This document shows, one piece after another, positions 62,752 to 64,000 of a stretch of 64,000 bases of DNA. Below the pieces are notes generated by a model. It made no database searches and was not told where the DNA came from. It saw only the letters and a list, made by a program, of their open reading frames with translations. This DNA is from the human T2T-CHM13v2.0 reference genome, Homo sapiens, in the NCBI RefSeq assembly GCF_009914755.1, contig NC_060926.1; one strand, given 5' to 3'. Numbering within the stretch: position 1 is the first letter of the stretch; each line of letters opens with the position of its first letter. The position numbers and the translations under genes were made by a program.

Positions 62752-64000
62752 TAATCTAGCTAAATGTTTATCAGTTTTATTGATCACAAAGAACCAGCTT
62801 TTGCTTTTGTTGATTTTCTCTACTGATTTGCTATTGTCAATTTCCCTGATTTCTGCTCTAATTTTTATTACTGCTTTTCTTCTGCTTAATTTGGATTAAA
62901 TTTGCTCTTCTTTTGATAACTTCCTAAGGTAGAAGCTTGGATTATTAATTTTAAATTTTCTTCTTAAGCATTAAATGAAGCCTTCAGTGCTTATTTAAGC
63001 AAGACTTCCTTGAAGCCTTACTTCCCTTGCATCCCACACATTTTTATAAGTTTGTATCAGCATTTCTTTAAGCTCACTGATTTCTTCCCCTGCCACTTCA
63101 AGTCTATTAATGAACTCATCAAAAGCATTCTTCATTTCTGTTATACTATCTTTGATTTGTAGCATTTCCTTTTGATTCTTAGTTTCCATCTCTCTGCTTA
63201 CATCTGTTCTTGCATGTTGTCCATGTTTTCCACTACAGCCCTTAGTATATTAAACATAGTTACTTTGAGTTCCCAGTTTGATCATTCCAACATCACAACC
63301 GCATCTGAGTCTGATGCTGATACTTGATCTGTCTGTTTAAACAGTGTTTTCTGTCTGGTATGCACTGTAATGTTTTGCTGAAAGCCAGATATGATATACC
63401 AAAGTTAAAAAGAACTGAGGTAAATAGGCCTTTAGTATGAAGTTTTGTTTATCTGGCTAAGAGTTAGGCTTTATTTACTGATTGCTATAGCTGCAGGTGT
63501 CAGAGGCTAAAATTTCCACTTGTGTCCTTGTTTTTCACCTCTCCTACTATCTTCAGGTTTCCCTGCAGACCTCTTAAATAAGGTCTGAGACATGTAGTCC
63601 TTTCCGTTGTATTCTCATTATTCAAGCACCCCACTGATGTGGTGGTAATGCGTGAAGGGAGGGGAAGCATTCTATGATCTTATGATTAGGTTTCAGTCTT
63701 AGTGAGCCTGTGCCCCTGGGCTGCGACCTTCACAGGTGCTTCTCAGTTGTTGATTTTCAGTTTGCTAAGGTTTTTTGTTGTGAGAACGGAAGTGACAACT
63801 TCCAAGCTCCTTACATGACAGATCAGAAGTATGTTTAGCTTTTTAAGAAACTGCCAAACTTTTTTCCAAAGGGGTTGTAGCACTTTAAATTCCCACCAGC
63901 GGTATATGAGAGTTCCAGTTACTCCATGAAGGCTGGCAGTAGGATGAAGCAAGCAAGAAGCATACGGTACAATATTTAAGGAGGTACCCACTCTCAGATT

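Overview
This is primate (most likely human) genomic DNA: an internal 64 kb of the VPS54 gene (GARP complex subunit) on the minus strand. I resolved 13 consecutive coding exons (about exons 4-16, residues ~127-743, numbering from memory). All have GT-AG boundaries and join into one open frame from REKIHERCKN to QQYAVVG. The introns are mostly repeats: a full-length ~6.2 kb L1PA6/7-type LINE-1 antisense to the gene (with TSD and an ORF0 remnant), a near-complete Tigger2, MER1A, MER6B, MER91-like MITEs, a solo LTR8 nested in an Alu nested in an old L1, about 25 Alus, and older L1M/L2/MIR/MLT remnants. Most of the ORF track is repeat-derived noise. I found no unambiguous new system. The best leads are: (1) an L1 antisense promoter/ORF0 pointing at the 3' half of VPS54; (2) a frame-compatible 44-nt candidate exon 48 nt from exon 12, a geometry typical of mutually exclusive exons; (3) candidate cryptic exons in introns 6 and 7. 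Repeat subfamily names come from recalled consensus sequences and their boundaries are approximate.
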